DNA of 64,000 nt, from contig CAMDBT010000004.1 of NCBI GenBank assembly GCA_945889475.1, positions 12,914-76,913 of the forward strand, in the 5' to 3' direction. The stretch comes from Bifidobacterium breve (GTDB taxonomy: Bacteria > Actinomycetota > Thermoleophilia > Solirubrobacterales > Solirubrobacteraceae). The notes below the pieces were generated by a model, which was given only the letters and a program-made list of their open reading frames with translations, was not told where the DNA came from and made no database searches. Positions 19,737 to 28,686 of this stretch are shown here, piece after piece (position 1 is the stretch's first letter; each line of letters starts with the position of its first letter). The position numbers and the translations under genes were made by a program.

Positions 19737-20969
19737 ATGATGTCAGCGAAGAAGCGCAGTGTTCGATTGCTAGTCCTGACGATCTCAGCGGCGACGGTGC
19801 TGCTACCTGGTGCTGCAGTGGCTCAGGCCAAAGCGCCCGTCAAGGCACCCGCTGGAGGCGCCTTCTACACGGCATCGGCGAAGCAGATCAAGGCAGGTAA
19901 GCCGGGATCGGTCATCTGGTCTCGCGAGATCAAGTATTCGGCCGCTGGCCGCGTCGCGCTCCCTTCAGCATCGAGGACGATGCTTGTGCTCTACCGCTCG
20001 CTAGATCCGAAAGGCAAGCCGATCGCCGTCTCCGGCACGATCGACCTGCCTAAGGGCAAGGCGCCCAAGGGCGGCTGGAAGGTGATTTCATGGGCCCACG
20101 GGACGACCGGCGCCGCCGACTCCTGCGCGCCGTCGCGAAACGTTGCCGGCAGCCCGGCCACTGCATACATCGCCTACACGACTGCGACCTACGACAGCTG
20201 GGTCAAGGCCGGTTACGCAGTGCTGCGCACCGACTACGAAGGGCTCGGCACGCCTGGCCCTCACCGCTATCTTGTCGGGCGCTCCGAAGGCCGCGGCGTC
20301 GTTGACATCGCCCTAGCAGCTCACGACCTGCTGCCCAAACTGAGCAAGTCTTGGCTGATCGGTGGCCACTCGCAGGGCGGCCATGCAGCTCTCTTCGCAG
20401 CTTCGCTCGCTCCCAAGCTGGCGCCGAAGCTGAAGCTGAAAGGCGTCTACGCATTCGCCCCTGCATCGCACCTTTACGAGCAGGGCCAAGCGATCGGCAA
20501 CCTTGGTGATGCGTACAAGGGCCTGACCGCCCTAGCGGTGCTGATCCTCACCAGTGCTGCGCGCGAAGCTGGCGTTGATCCGAAGTCGCTCGTTACGACC
20601 GAGATCGCCGACAAGATCTCGAAGCTCGAAGAGCTCTGCTCAGGCCAGTTGGGCGCCGACAACATCTTCGGCGACATCGCGCCCAACAAGATTCTCAAGC
20701 CCGGCGAGACCACGGCCTCGATCGACAATGCGCTCAGAGCGATGAACCCGAACGTGAAGATCAAGGCTCCGGTCCTGATCCTCCAAGGGCTCGATGACAA
20801 CACCGTGATCGCCGGGTTCACTTTGGCGCTCGTAGCGGAGCTGCGGGCCAGCGGCGACAAGGTCACCTACGACGCCGTCCCGGGGCTGACGCACATGAGC
20901 ATCGTCACCGACCCCGCCGTCGAGGCGAGAGTCTCGAAGTGGATTAAGTCGAAGCTCGCCGGCGGGTAA
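19737..20969 (+). CDS. secreted lipase (LIP/secretory lipase family, alpha/beta hydrolase)
   Basis: Signal peptide MMSAKKRSVRLLVLTISAATVLLPGAAVAQA, the motif WAHGTTGAADSCAPS and the nucleophile elbow GHSQGG. GGAG lies just upstream of the ATG pair at 19737/19740. Confidence 0.75.
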   Translation: MMSAKKRSVRLLVLTISAATVLLPGAAVAQAKAPVKAPAGGAFYTASAKQIKAGKPGSVIWSREIKYSAAGRVALPSASRTMLVLYRSLDPKGKPIAVSGTIDLPKGKAPKGGWKVISWAHGTTGAADSCAPSRNVAGSPATAYIAYTTATYDSWVKAGYAVLRTDYEGLGTPGPHRYLVGRSEGRGVVDIALAAHDLLPKLSKSWLIGGHSQGGHAALFAASLAPKLAPKLKLKGVYAFAPASHLYEQGQAIGNLGDAYKGLTALAVLILTSAAREAGVDPKSLVTTEIADKISKLEELCSGQLGADNIFGDIAPNKILKPGETTASIDNALRAMNPNVKIKAPVLILQGLDDNTVIAGFTLALVAELRASGDKVTYDAVPGLTHMSIVTDPAVEARVSKWIKSKLAGG

Positions 20970-20986
20970 TTGACCAGAGTCGGTAG

Positions 20987-22033
20987 TTAGCACTCCACGG
21001 CCGCGGCGTCGGGCGCATCAGGCCCACCGCCGCGGCGCGCCACCTCGGCCCGCGCGCGCTCGATCCCGCCGTGCTCAAGCGCCGCCAGTTCGCTGCTGCC
21101 ACGCCAGTGAACGCGGCCGTGGCGGCGGACGGTCACGTGCATCTGGCCGCCGAGATGTTCGATCGCCCCCGGCACGTTGCGTCGTTCGGCCGGCAACGGC
21201 ACCGGCAAGACGTGCGCTGCGCCTAGCGGTGCGTAAGCATCGATCTCGACCTGCCAACGCGCGCTGCGGCCGCTGAGCCGCCAGCGCTCGTCACTGACCT
21301 CTGCCACGACCGGCGAGAACCCCGGGTCGCCCAAACGAATCAGCGTCCCGTCGGGGAGCAGAACGACGACCGCCGTGACCTCGGTCCGCAGCGGCCCCGA
21401 CTCGATCACACCGCCAGCGAAGGCGACACAGACCTGCCGCTCAGCAAACCCTTGCGCCTGCCCCCACCACCAAGCCGGCGGGAAGCCGCCTTTGCCCCAA
21501 TTCTTCTCGGCGTAAACCTGCGCGCCCTCAAACTCCCAGAGCTCGTCACCAAGCGTCGCGCTGCCGCTGGCGCTGCCGCCAAGCAACCACGGATGCCAGT
21601 ACTGGTTCAGCGCTGGCACCGACTGAAAGATGCTTGAGCCGCCGAGCACGCGGCGCGGCCATGGGCGCGCGCGCTCGATCCGCAGGTCGAGCTGGGCGTC
21701 TGGGCCAAGGTCTACGCGCACGCGGTCTTGGTCGGCTCGGAAGGCATCACCGGCCGATGCGCCGAGCCGCTCCCGGTCGGCCGCGCCTTCAGCGTGGGCA
21801 ACGGTGCGCAGGAATCGATTCGGATAGCCAGCAAGGCCCAAAGTTGCCCAGTCACCATCGGCGGCGCGATTGACTCCAATCAGCGCGATGACGACCCGCC
21901 CGCTCGCAGAATCGGTGACGCGCCAGAAGTAGCCCTCCGTCGCGACGTCGTGGCAGGGCAGCGGATCACCGAACGGGAGGTCGGCGCCGCCAGCGCGGTA
22001 GGCGCGCAGGGCGCCTTGGACGATTGAACCCAT
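20987..22033 (-). CDS. tocopherol cyclase (VTE1)-like family protein
   Basis: 348 aa. EGYFWRVT near the N-terminus and YAEKNWGKGGFPPAWWWGQAQGF resemble conserved tocopherol-cyclase blocks as I remember them. Confidence 0.6.
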   Translation of the reverse strand: MGSIVQGALRAYRAGGADLPFGDPLPCHDVATEGYFWRVTDSASGRVVIALIGVNRAADGDWATLGLAGYPNRFLRTVAHAEGAADRERLGASAGDAFRADQDRVRVDLGPDAQLDLRIERARPWPRRVLGGSSIFQSVPALNQYWHPWLLGGSASGSATLGDELWEFEGAQVYAEKNWGKGGFPPAWWWGQAQGFAERQVCVAFAGGVIESGPLRTEVTAVVVLLPDGTLIRLGDPGFSPVVAEVSDERWRLSGRSARWQVEIDAYAPLGAAHVLPVPLPAERRNVPGAIEHLGGQMHVTVRRHGRVHWRGSSELAALEHGGIERARAEVARRGGGPDAPDAAAVEC

Positions 22034-22137
22034 CGGTCAAACCTACGAGAAGTTGCCCTTCCCAATGCGGCCGCTCTGCCGTAGGTTGTCCGAGCAGGAA
22101 AAAGTTCCACAACCGAAAGCCCTAGGAGGAGACAGTT

Positions 22138-22491
22138 ATGAGTGATGACCAGATTGAAGACGACATCGAAGTCGTCGCCGCAGCAGAGGACCAGCTTGAA
22201 GCCGACGCCGAGCTGGTCGCCGACGCGATCGTCGGGCTCGAAGTCGAAGCTGAGATCGTCGCAGCCGCCGAAGATGAGCTGATAGCCGAAGCCGAGATCG
22301 TCGCCGCGGCAGAGGACCAGCTGCTCGCCGACGCGGCGCTCGTTGCCGCCGCCGAAGAGCAGCTGCTCGAGGACGCCGACGCTGTCGCTGAGGGGATCGA
22401 GATCGTCGAAGCCGAAGCGGAGATCGTCGCTGCAGCCGAGCAAGAGCTCAGCGACGAGATCATCGAAGACGCACTCGACGAGGAAGAATAA
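22138..22491 (+). CDS. hyper-acidic repeat protein (117 aa), hypothetical
   Basis: AGGAGGA lies 7 nt upstream of the ATG and G/C third-position bias is good. About seven imperfect 14-aa (42-bp) repeats of the form EIVAAAEDQLxAxA. No K, R or H. Confidence 0.6.
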   Translation: MSDDQIEDDIEVVAAAEDQLEADAELVADAIVGLEVEAEIVAAAEDELIAEAEIVAAAEDQLLADAALVAAAEEQLLEDADAVAEGIEIVEAEAEIVAAAEQELSDEIIEDALDEEE

Positions 22492-22500
22492 GGACGGCGG

Positions 22501-23913
22501 CTAAACGCCGCTCTCAACCTTGATCCTGCCGCTCTTCTCGGCCTCCTGCAGCGCCGCAAAGTCCAATTCGTTCTGATCGGCGTATGCGTCGCCGAAGGCT
22601 GCCAGCGACTCAGCAAAGGTCGCCCCGCTACCGAGGTAGCCGGCGATCATTGCTGCGTCGCCGGAGCGGGCGTGGGCGTGGGCCAGAACGCCGCCGCAGA
22701 GGGCGCCATACCGCGCTAGCCGCACGCCGTTCATCTCCGCCGCCTCAACCGAGCCTTTCTTGTCTCGTAGCTGACGCATGTAGAAGTGCTTCTTTGCGGC
22801 CCCGGAGCCGGTCGCCCAGCCGAGGAACGGGTCACTGGCCGACTGCATGATCCGCTGGCCGCGCACAACGCGCTCGCCGTCCTGGTGGTAGTAGCTCCTG
22901 CCAGCGAAAGGCGCCAACACCGACTGCTGCGCTTCCTTGAACTGGAGGAAAAGCGGATCTTCGTCGCTCTCTCCCATCAGCAGCATCATGAAGGCCTGCG
23001 TCCCGACCGAACCTACTCCGACAACTTTGCGCGCAAGGTCGGCTCGGCGGTAGCGACTAATCACGATCCGGCGGTCGGGCTCAAGCGTCTCAAGGTAATC
23101 GCCGTATGCCTTGTCGATGACCTTCGCGAACTTCTTGGCCATCGCTGGCGGGATCGGAACGACAACCGGCGGGTCGGGCTTGATCTTGAAGCCGTCGTCG
23201 GTTTTCTCGGCAAATCGGTGTAGCGCCCCTAAATTGGTTCTCGTCTCCGCCTTGGCTGCGATCTTGCCGATCCGCTTCGCGGCAGCTACGTCACCGCTCT
23301 CGATGACTGCAGTGAGGATGTTCGACATGTCAACGCGCTCGTACCAAACCTGAAGAAACGGCATCTCGGCAAGCTCTGCCATCCGCGCCTGGTAGCGGGC
23401 CGCGGTTGCTTGGGCGGCGTCGCTGGCCTCGCTCGCCTTCAAGCCGTTGTCACGGGCAGCGATTGTGATGCTGGCAACGAGCCGCTTCAGATCCCACTCG
23501 AACGAAGCTGGCAGCGTCTCGTCAAAATCATTGAGGTCGAACACCAGACTGCGGTCGGGGGCGGCGTAGGCGCCGAAGTTGAGCAGGTGCGCATCGCCGC
23601 AGCACTGCACGCGCATGTTCGTCGTCGGCGTGTGGGCGAGGTCCCAGGCCATGATTCCAGCACCGCCGCGGTAGAAGGTGCCTGGCGAGACCAGCATCCG
23701 GCCGTAGCGGATCGGAACGAGGTCGGGCACCCGCTGGGCGGCCTGAGCTTCAAGGATCTTGACCGGGTCGGGGCGGTCGGCTGGGGCGGTCCACTGGGCG
23801 TGAGCGCTGCGTGGAACAGATTGGCGGAGAGCTTTGCCAGCTTCGAACTTTGCTTCGGTGATCGGAAAAGCCGAAACCAGCTCGTCACCCTGGTCGGGTT
23901 TAGTCCTAGCCAA
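22501..23913 (-). CDS. DUF2252 domain-containing protein
   Basis: LVPIRYGRMLVSPGTFYRGGAGIMAWDLA, CGDAHLLNFG and FDLNDFDETLPASFEWDLKRL match DUF2252 conserved blocks. I moved the start to TTG at 23913, 6 nt after the GT2 stop. The maximal ORF reaches 23976. Confidence 0.75.
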   Translation of the reverse strand: MARTKPDQGDELVSAFPITEAKFEAGKALRQSVPRSAHAQWTAPADRPDPVKILEAQAAQRVPDLVPIRYGRMLVSPGTFYRGGAGIMAWDLAHTPTTNMRVQCCGDAHLLNFGAYAAPDRSLVFDLNDFDETLPASFEWDLKRLVASITIAARDNGLKASEASDAAQATAARYQARMAELAEMPFLQVWYERVDMSNILTAVIESGDVAAAKRIGKIAAKAETRTNLGALHRFAEKTDDGFKIKPDPPVVVPIPPAMAKKFAKVIDKAYGDYLETLEPDRRIVISRYRRADLARKVVGVGSVGTQAFMMLLMGESDEDPLFLQFKEAQQSVLAPFAGRSYYHQDGERVVRGQRIMQSASDPFLGWATGSGAAKKHFYMRQLRDKKGSVEAAEMNGVRLARYGALCGGVLAHAHARSGDAAMIAGYLGSGATFAESLAAFGDAYADQNELDFAALQEAEKSGRIKVESGV

Positions 23914-23918
23914 CTCTC

Positions 23919-24611
23919 TCAGCCCCCGAATCGGAATCGGATCAGCGCAGCGACGGCGCTGAAGCCATCGCGCCAAGTGATCTTCTTGCCTTCGTCATAT
24001 GTTCGGCCGTAGTACGAAATCGCCACTTCGAACAGGCGAATGTTCTTGTGCCGCAGAACCTTGGCGGTAACTTCCGGCTCGAACGCGAAGTCGTTCGATA
24101 CCAACTTGATCGAGCGAATCAGGTCACCGTCGAAGGCCTTGTAGCCGACCTCCATGTCGCTGATCGTCGTGTTGTAGAGGATGTTCGTCAGCAGCGATAG
24201 GAAGCGGTTGCCAGCGTAATGCCAGAACAGATGCGCACGCTGGGTCTCGCCACCACGAAAGCGCGTGCCGTAGACGACGTCGGCAACACCGTCGAAGAGC
24301 GGCGCCAGCAGCTTCGGGATGTCCGACGGATCGTACTCAAGGTCGGCGTCCTGGATCATCACGAAGTCACCGGTCGAGGCGTTGATGCCGGTCCGTACGG
24401 CGGCACCCTTGCCCTGGTTGCGTTCGTGGACGATCAAGCTCAGCCCGGGGATCTCTGATTCGAGCCCGCCAACAATTTCGACGGTCTCGTCGACCGAGCC
24501 ATCGTCGACGACGAGAATCTCGGCGTCGAACTCAATTTCGCTCAGACGGCGCAGGACCTGCTCTATGGTGCGGGCCTCGTTGTAGGCCGGCACAATCACG
24601 GTGACGCGCAT
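23919..24611 (-). CDS. glycosyltransferase family 2 (polyprenyl-phosphate glycosyltransferase-like)
   Basis: MRVTVIVPAYNE, VVDDGSVDET and the QDADLEYDP (DxD region) motifs. I trimmed to ATG at 24611 because the longer ORF runs up to the tRNA. Confidence 0.85.
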   Translation of the reverse strand: MRVTVIVPAYNEARTIEQVLRRLSEIEFDAEILVVDDGSVDETVEIVGGLESEIPGLSLIVHERNQGKGAAVRTGINASTGDFVMIQDADLEYDPSDIPKLLAPLFDGVADVVYGTRFRGGETQRAHLFWHYAGNRFLSLLTNILYNTTISDMEVGYKAFDGDLIRSIKLVSNDFAFEPEVTAKVLRHKNIRLFEVAISYYGRTYDEGKKITWRDGFSAVAALIRFRFGG

Positions 24612-24686
24612 TGGATCCTTTTCGTGCTTGGTCGCTGACGGTCTCTGCGGAAGGGGACAAGCCAACGAACCGCCTGCTTCCCTCAA

Positions 24687-24760
<74 letters not shown>

Positions 24761-24809
24761 ACGTGCTGCTTAGGCTAGCAGCGCAGCCAGCGCGGCGACG
24801 GGCGTGAAA

Positions 24810-26201
24810 TCAGACGACCGCTACGCGCGCGATTGTTGTAGCCGACTGGTAATAGAGGTCGCGGCCGAAGCCCGGCGCCGGAAAAAGATAACCCTGGCAG
24901 GGCGAAGGAACGTCAACGCGCGCCTTGTCGGCGCCGGTGTCGAGATCGAGCACGACCAGTTGATCATGGCCGAGCGCGACGCCGCTCTTGCGAACAACGG
25001 CAAACTTGCCGAGCGCTTGAAGCAGCGGGCGGGTGAATCGGCGCACCAGCGGGCGCCGGAGGAACTTCGGCTGCTTCCAGTCCTGAACCACCAGCTCGCG
25101 CGTGTCGGGGCTTAGGATCAGATGGCCAGCGTGGGCGAAATTGTCGCGTCGCCAAAGCTCTTCCATCGCGTCGCCGACGAGCCGCCACGCACGCAGCACG
25201 GCGTTGCCCGCGTCGTAGGCGATCACGACGCCGCGGGCCGGGTCCCAGGCTGGCGGGTTGGACTCGGTTCCAAACGGGAGGCCACTGATCTCAGTCGAAC
25301 TAATTTTCGTGGCGTCGTCGCGCCGCACCCACCACAGCCGCACCGGGTCGGGCGCCGTGCCGCAGTCGAGCATCGTCACGTCGGTCTGGTTCTGGCCGTT
25401 GTCCATCCAGATCACGTGCTCGGGGGTTATCACTGGATCCCAGCCGTAGCTGCGCCCCGGCGCCGGGCCATAGCAAGGCTGCCAACCCTGATCGACGACA
25501 ATCTTGCCCGCCTCGCGATCTAAATGGAGGCTGAAGAGCTTCGTCGTTCCGATCGCAATCACGTTCTCGCCATCGCTGCAGAGCCTGCCGATCGACGGCT
25601 CCGGCAGTGTCAGCGGTTCGGCCACCGGCAGCAGGGTGATTGGGTCGAGGATCGAGACCGTCGATCGCGCTAGGCCTAACGGCGCGTCGCAATCCTTCGT
25701 CACTAGTTCGCCACCGTTCAAGATCACAAACGAATTGTGCGGCCGCGTGACCGGCAGCTTGTGCGAGGCGAGAACTTCAAGATCGGCCGTCAGCCGGTGC
25801 GCCCAGCCACCGAAGACCATGTAGATGTCGCCGTTGGCGTGGCAGGCGATCCCGCCCGGCCAGTAGGGGCCGCCGGGAAGCTTGGGCGTTGAGGCCGTCA
25901 CCTCCAGCGTCAGCGGGTCAAGCTTCTCGACCCATCCGCGGACCGGCGCCGACTGCGCGCCACCGGTCCAAGGCATCTCGTGGCGGAGCGCGTAGAGCTC
26001 GCCTTCGTTGCGGCGGATCACCATGTCGCTGGCGAAGGCGTCCTTCACCGCTGCGACCTCCAGCCGCTCGCCCTGCTCGATGGCAAGGCCCGCTTGTCCA
26101 GCGGCGCAGCACCAGCGCTGCGAGCCGCCATCCTCGCTGCTCCACGGCGTCGGCCAGTACTGGCCAACGTTGTCGGCGGGAATCTGGCTTGAGTCGGGCA
26201 T
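24810..26201 (-). CDS. hypothetical protein (463 aa, beta-rich, possible propeller-like fold)
   Basis: Long ORF with good codon bias, no signal peptide and no motif I can assign. Confidence 0.7.
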   Translation of the reverse strand: MPDSSQIPADNVGQYWPTPWSSEDGGSQRWCCAAGQAGLAIEQGERLEVAAVKDAFASDMVIRRNEGELYALRHEMPWTGGAQSAPVRGWVEKLDPLTLEVTASTPKLPGGPYWPGGIACHANGDIYMVFGGWAHRLTADLEVLASHKLPVTRPHNSFVILNGGELVTKDCDAPLGLARSTVSILDPITLLPVAEPLTLPEPSIGRLCSDGENVIAIGTTKLFSLHLDREAGKIVVDQGWQPCYGPAPGRSYGWDPVITPEHVIWMDNGQNQTDVTMLDCGTAPDPVRLWWVRRDDATKISSTEISGLPFGTESNPPAWDPARGVVIAYDAGNAVLRAWRLVGDAMEELWRRDNFAHAGHLILSPDTRELVVQDWKQPKFLRRPLVRRFTRPLLQALGKFAVVRKSGVALGHDQLVVLDLDTGADKARVDVPSPCQGYLFPAPGFGRDLYYQSATTIARVAVV

Positions 26202-26244
26202 CGGTCAGCGAGGCTAGCCAACGACGCCTAGAGCGGCGGCGCGG

Positions 26245-27642
26245 TCAGCCGAGCTTCTTTACCGCAGGCGGCTTCCAAGCGCCGCTCAGAATCGACTTCG
26301 ACGGAATGTAGAGGCGCATGTTGAGACGGAAGCCAGCCAGCGGCGAAGGCAGCCAGTTGACCTCCTTCTCGGTCGGCTTCGTCCGCTGAATCGCGATCAC
26401 TACCGAACCGTCCTTGCGCGTAATCATCCCGGGATGGCTGGGGCCGATCGCGTAAACCTTGGCCGGGTTGGCGACCAAGTAGCCATCCGAGTCGTACATC
26501 GTCAGCGACCAAAAACCGGCGACAGGCGGCAGCTTGCCGCGCTTGAAGACCATCCGGTAGCTGTTGGCACCGCTGAACATCTCCCCGGCCGAGTCGGTCA
26601 GGGCGGTCGGGTAGGTCGACTCGATCACCGTGTTGATGCCGATTCCCAGCAGCGCGACCCGCGCTCGAAGGACGTAGTCGGTGCCGAACGCGCCAACCTT
26701 TGGTGACGGGTTGTACCAGCCGCCATTGGCTTTCGCCTCATTTAGCACCGGCAGCTTCGAGTCGATCGGAAGCGATGCCGCGGCGGCGTCAACGCCGGCG
26801 GCCAGCCCCTCAAGCACCGGCGCGGGAAGTCCGGCAGTGCTCGGCCTCAGACCAGCGCCGACTCCTACGGTTGCAAGTCGCGCGAGCGTCGCCGCGTCAC
26901 GGGCTGGTGGCGGGTCGACCGCCATCGCGGCGCTCAGCGCGTCAAGGAATTCGAGCCCGGTTGGTTTGACGGTCTTTGCCCGGCCAGGGCTCAGTTTACG
27001 TGGCGTAGGCAGCGCCTTGCCCTTAATCAGGTCAGCCAGCGAGCCAAGGCGGTACTGGGCCATCAGCTTCTTGGCCTTCGCCGTGTCCGTTCCCCCCTGA
27101 ACCAACGTACGGCCGATCACCCAGAGGCGGCGGGCGGACGACTTGAACCGCTTCACACCTTTCGGCAGCGCCTTCTTGGCCTTCGCGCCGCTCCACTCCA
27201 GCGCCCAGGTGCCGCCAGCCGAGCCATTGATGCGGCGGCCAACGTAACCGACCACGTTGGTGTACGGCTCAACGAACTCAAAGGTCCAGTAGCGGCCGTC
27301 CATCTTCGGCACCTTCAGCACGACAGGGCCGTTGCCAAGGTCCAACTGGGCGAGCGAGTAAAGCGTGTCGGTGTTCGGAGCGACAACACCCTGCGCCGTC
27401 GGCGTCGCCAGCTTGTGCGCGTTGGCGAGGACGTTGAGCGGGGCGTTCAGGCGCAGGTCGGCTTCGCGGATCAGGTTGTACTCAATCAGCGGATAGCCGT
27501 AGAGAAAGGCCTCCTTGCCAAGCTCAACGCCGGCCGCGCGCTGCTGGGCCGTGCCCGAGCCGAAGTCTGCCGCGTTGGCGGGGGCGGCGGTAAGCGCCGC
27601 AACTAGAACGAATCCAACCAGAACCGATCTCTTGTTTTTCAT
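26245..27642 (-). CDS. secreted DUF1254/DUF1214 domain-containing protein
   Basis: Signal peptide MKNKRSVLVGFVLVAALTAAPANA with GGAGG upstream of ATG 27642. FLYGYPLIEY...PNTDTLYS matches DUF1254 and FWSLTMYDSDGYL matches DUF1214. Confidence 0.8.
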   Translation of the reverse strand: MKNKRSVLVGFVLVAALTAAPANAADFGSGTAQQRAAGVELGKEAFLYGYPLIEYNLIREADLRLNAPLNVLANAHKLATPTAQGVVAPNTDTLYSLAQLDLGNGPVVLKVPKMDGRYWTFEFVEPYTNVVGYVGRRINGSAGGTWALEWSGAKAKKALPKGVKRFKSSARRLWVIGRTLVQGGTDTAKAKKLMAQYRLGSLADLIKGKALPTPRKLSPGRAKTVKPTGLEFLDALSAAMAVDPPPARDAATLARLATVGVGAGLRPSTAGLPAPVLEGLAAGVDAAAASLPIDSKLPVLNEAKANGGWYNPSPKVGAFGTDYVLRARVALLGIGINTVIESTYPTALTDSAGEMFSGANSYRMVFKRGKLPPVAGFWSLTMYDSDGYLVANPAKVYAIGPSHPGMITRKDGSVVIAIQRTKPTEKEVNWLPSPLAGFRLNMRLYIPSKSILSGAWKPPAVKKLG

Positions 27643-27740
27643 CCGCGGGATACTACCTCCCGCTCGGACGCTGGGTCGCAGTTGCGATCGAAGCGAGACC
27701 GCAGTTGCCTTCTCGCTGAGGCTAGGTAGTGTGCCGCGCG

Positions 27741-28676
27741 ATGGCGAAGATCTTTGTCGCCCGGGCACTGCCCGGAGATGCAATCGAGCGGCTACGCGCG
27801 GCCGGCCACGAGGTGACCGTCCACGGCGGCTCGATGCCGCCGACGCGCGAAGAGCTCACGGCCGGGGTCGCCGACGCCGACGGGCTTCTTTCGCTACTGA
27901 CCGACCGCGTAGACGGAGAGCTGCTGGACAGCGCGCCGCAGCTAAGGGCGGTCGCCAACCTAGCGGTCGGCTGCGACAACATTGATCTTGCCGCCGCTGC
28001 CGAGCGCGGCGTTCCGGTCGGCGTCGCCGCCCACGTACTGACCGACGCAACGGCCGACCTGACGATGGCGCTGCTGCTGGCGGCGGCGCGCAACATTTCG
28101 CAGGGGGAACGCGACGCGCGCGAGGGCCGCTGGAAGACATGGGAGCCGGAAGGCTGGCTTGGGCTCGAGTTGCGCGGCGCAAAGCTGTTGATCATCGGCC
28201 GGGGCCGGATCGGCCAGGCGGTCGCCGAGCGCGCCACACCGTTCGGATTGCAGATCAGTTTTACCGGCCGCGATGATGACCTCCACGCGGCGCTGGCCGA
28301 AGCCGACATCGTCACCCTCCACTGTCCGCTGAACGAGCAAACCCGTCACCTGATCGATGATGCTGCGCTCGCGGCGATGAAACCCACCGCGCTGCTGATC
28401 AACACGACCCGCGGCGGCGTCGTCGACCAGACCGCGCTGATCAAGGCGCTTCAGGCCGGCACGATCGCCGGCGCCGCGCTCGACGTAACAGACCCTGAAC
28501 CGCCGCCTGCCGATGACCCAATCTACGATGCGCCGAACTGCCTGATCGTGCCACACATCGGCTCTGCAACAGCGACGACGCGCGCCGCGATGGGCAACTG
28601 CGCGGCCGACAACCTGATCGCAGCGCTGGCCGGCGAGCCGATGCCGACGCCTGCGCCAGCGCCGCCTTCGGCGTAA
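27741..28676 (+). CDS. D-2-hydroxyacid dehydrogenase (glyoxylate/hydroxypyruvate reductase-like)
   Basis: NAD motif GRGRIGQAV plus TRGGVVD and AALDVTDPEP. Start set at ATG 27741. Confidence 0.85.
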   Translation: MAKIFVARALPGDAIERLRAAGHEVTVHGGSMPPTREELTAGVADADGLLSLLTDRVDGELLDSAPQLRAVANLAVGCDNIDLAAAAERGVPVGVAAHVLTDATADLTMALLLAAARNISQGERDAREGRWKTWEPEGWLGLELRGAKLLIIGRGRIGQAVAERATPFGLQISFTGRDDDLHAALAEADIVTLHCPLNEQTRHLIDDAALAAMKPTALLINTTRGGVVDQTALIKALQAGTIAGAALDVTDPEPPPADDPIYDAPNCLIVPHIGSATATTRAAMGNCAADNLIAALAGEPMPTPAPAPPSA

Positions 28677-28686
28677 CCTCGTTGCG

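Noticed and set aside
22034-22137. Inverted repeat AACCTACG-N-CGTAGGTT in the divergent promoter region between the cyclase-like gene and the acidic-protein gene
   Set aside because: It has only 8-bp arms separated by about 35 nt, and I found no second copy. That is too weak to call an operator or RNA structure without further data.
22138-22491. Possible CRISPR array or non-coding tandem repeat, because of the 42-bp periodicity
   Set aside because: The repeats are imperfect and contiguous with no unique spacers. They are exactly in frame with a start, an SD and a stop. No cas genes occur anywhere in the window.
21880-22616. Two minus-strand ORFs (21880-22443 and 22122-22616) across the acidic-repeat locus
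   Set aside because: Both are Ser/Ala/Gly or Asp/Leu/Phe low-complexity products of the same 42-bp repeat read in other frames. Only the plus-strand frame has a strong Shine-Dalgarno and a clean ATG/TAA. The first also overlaps the tocopherol-cyclase-like gene.
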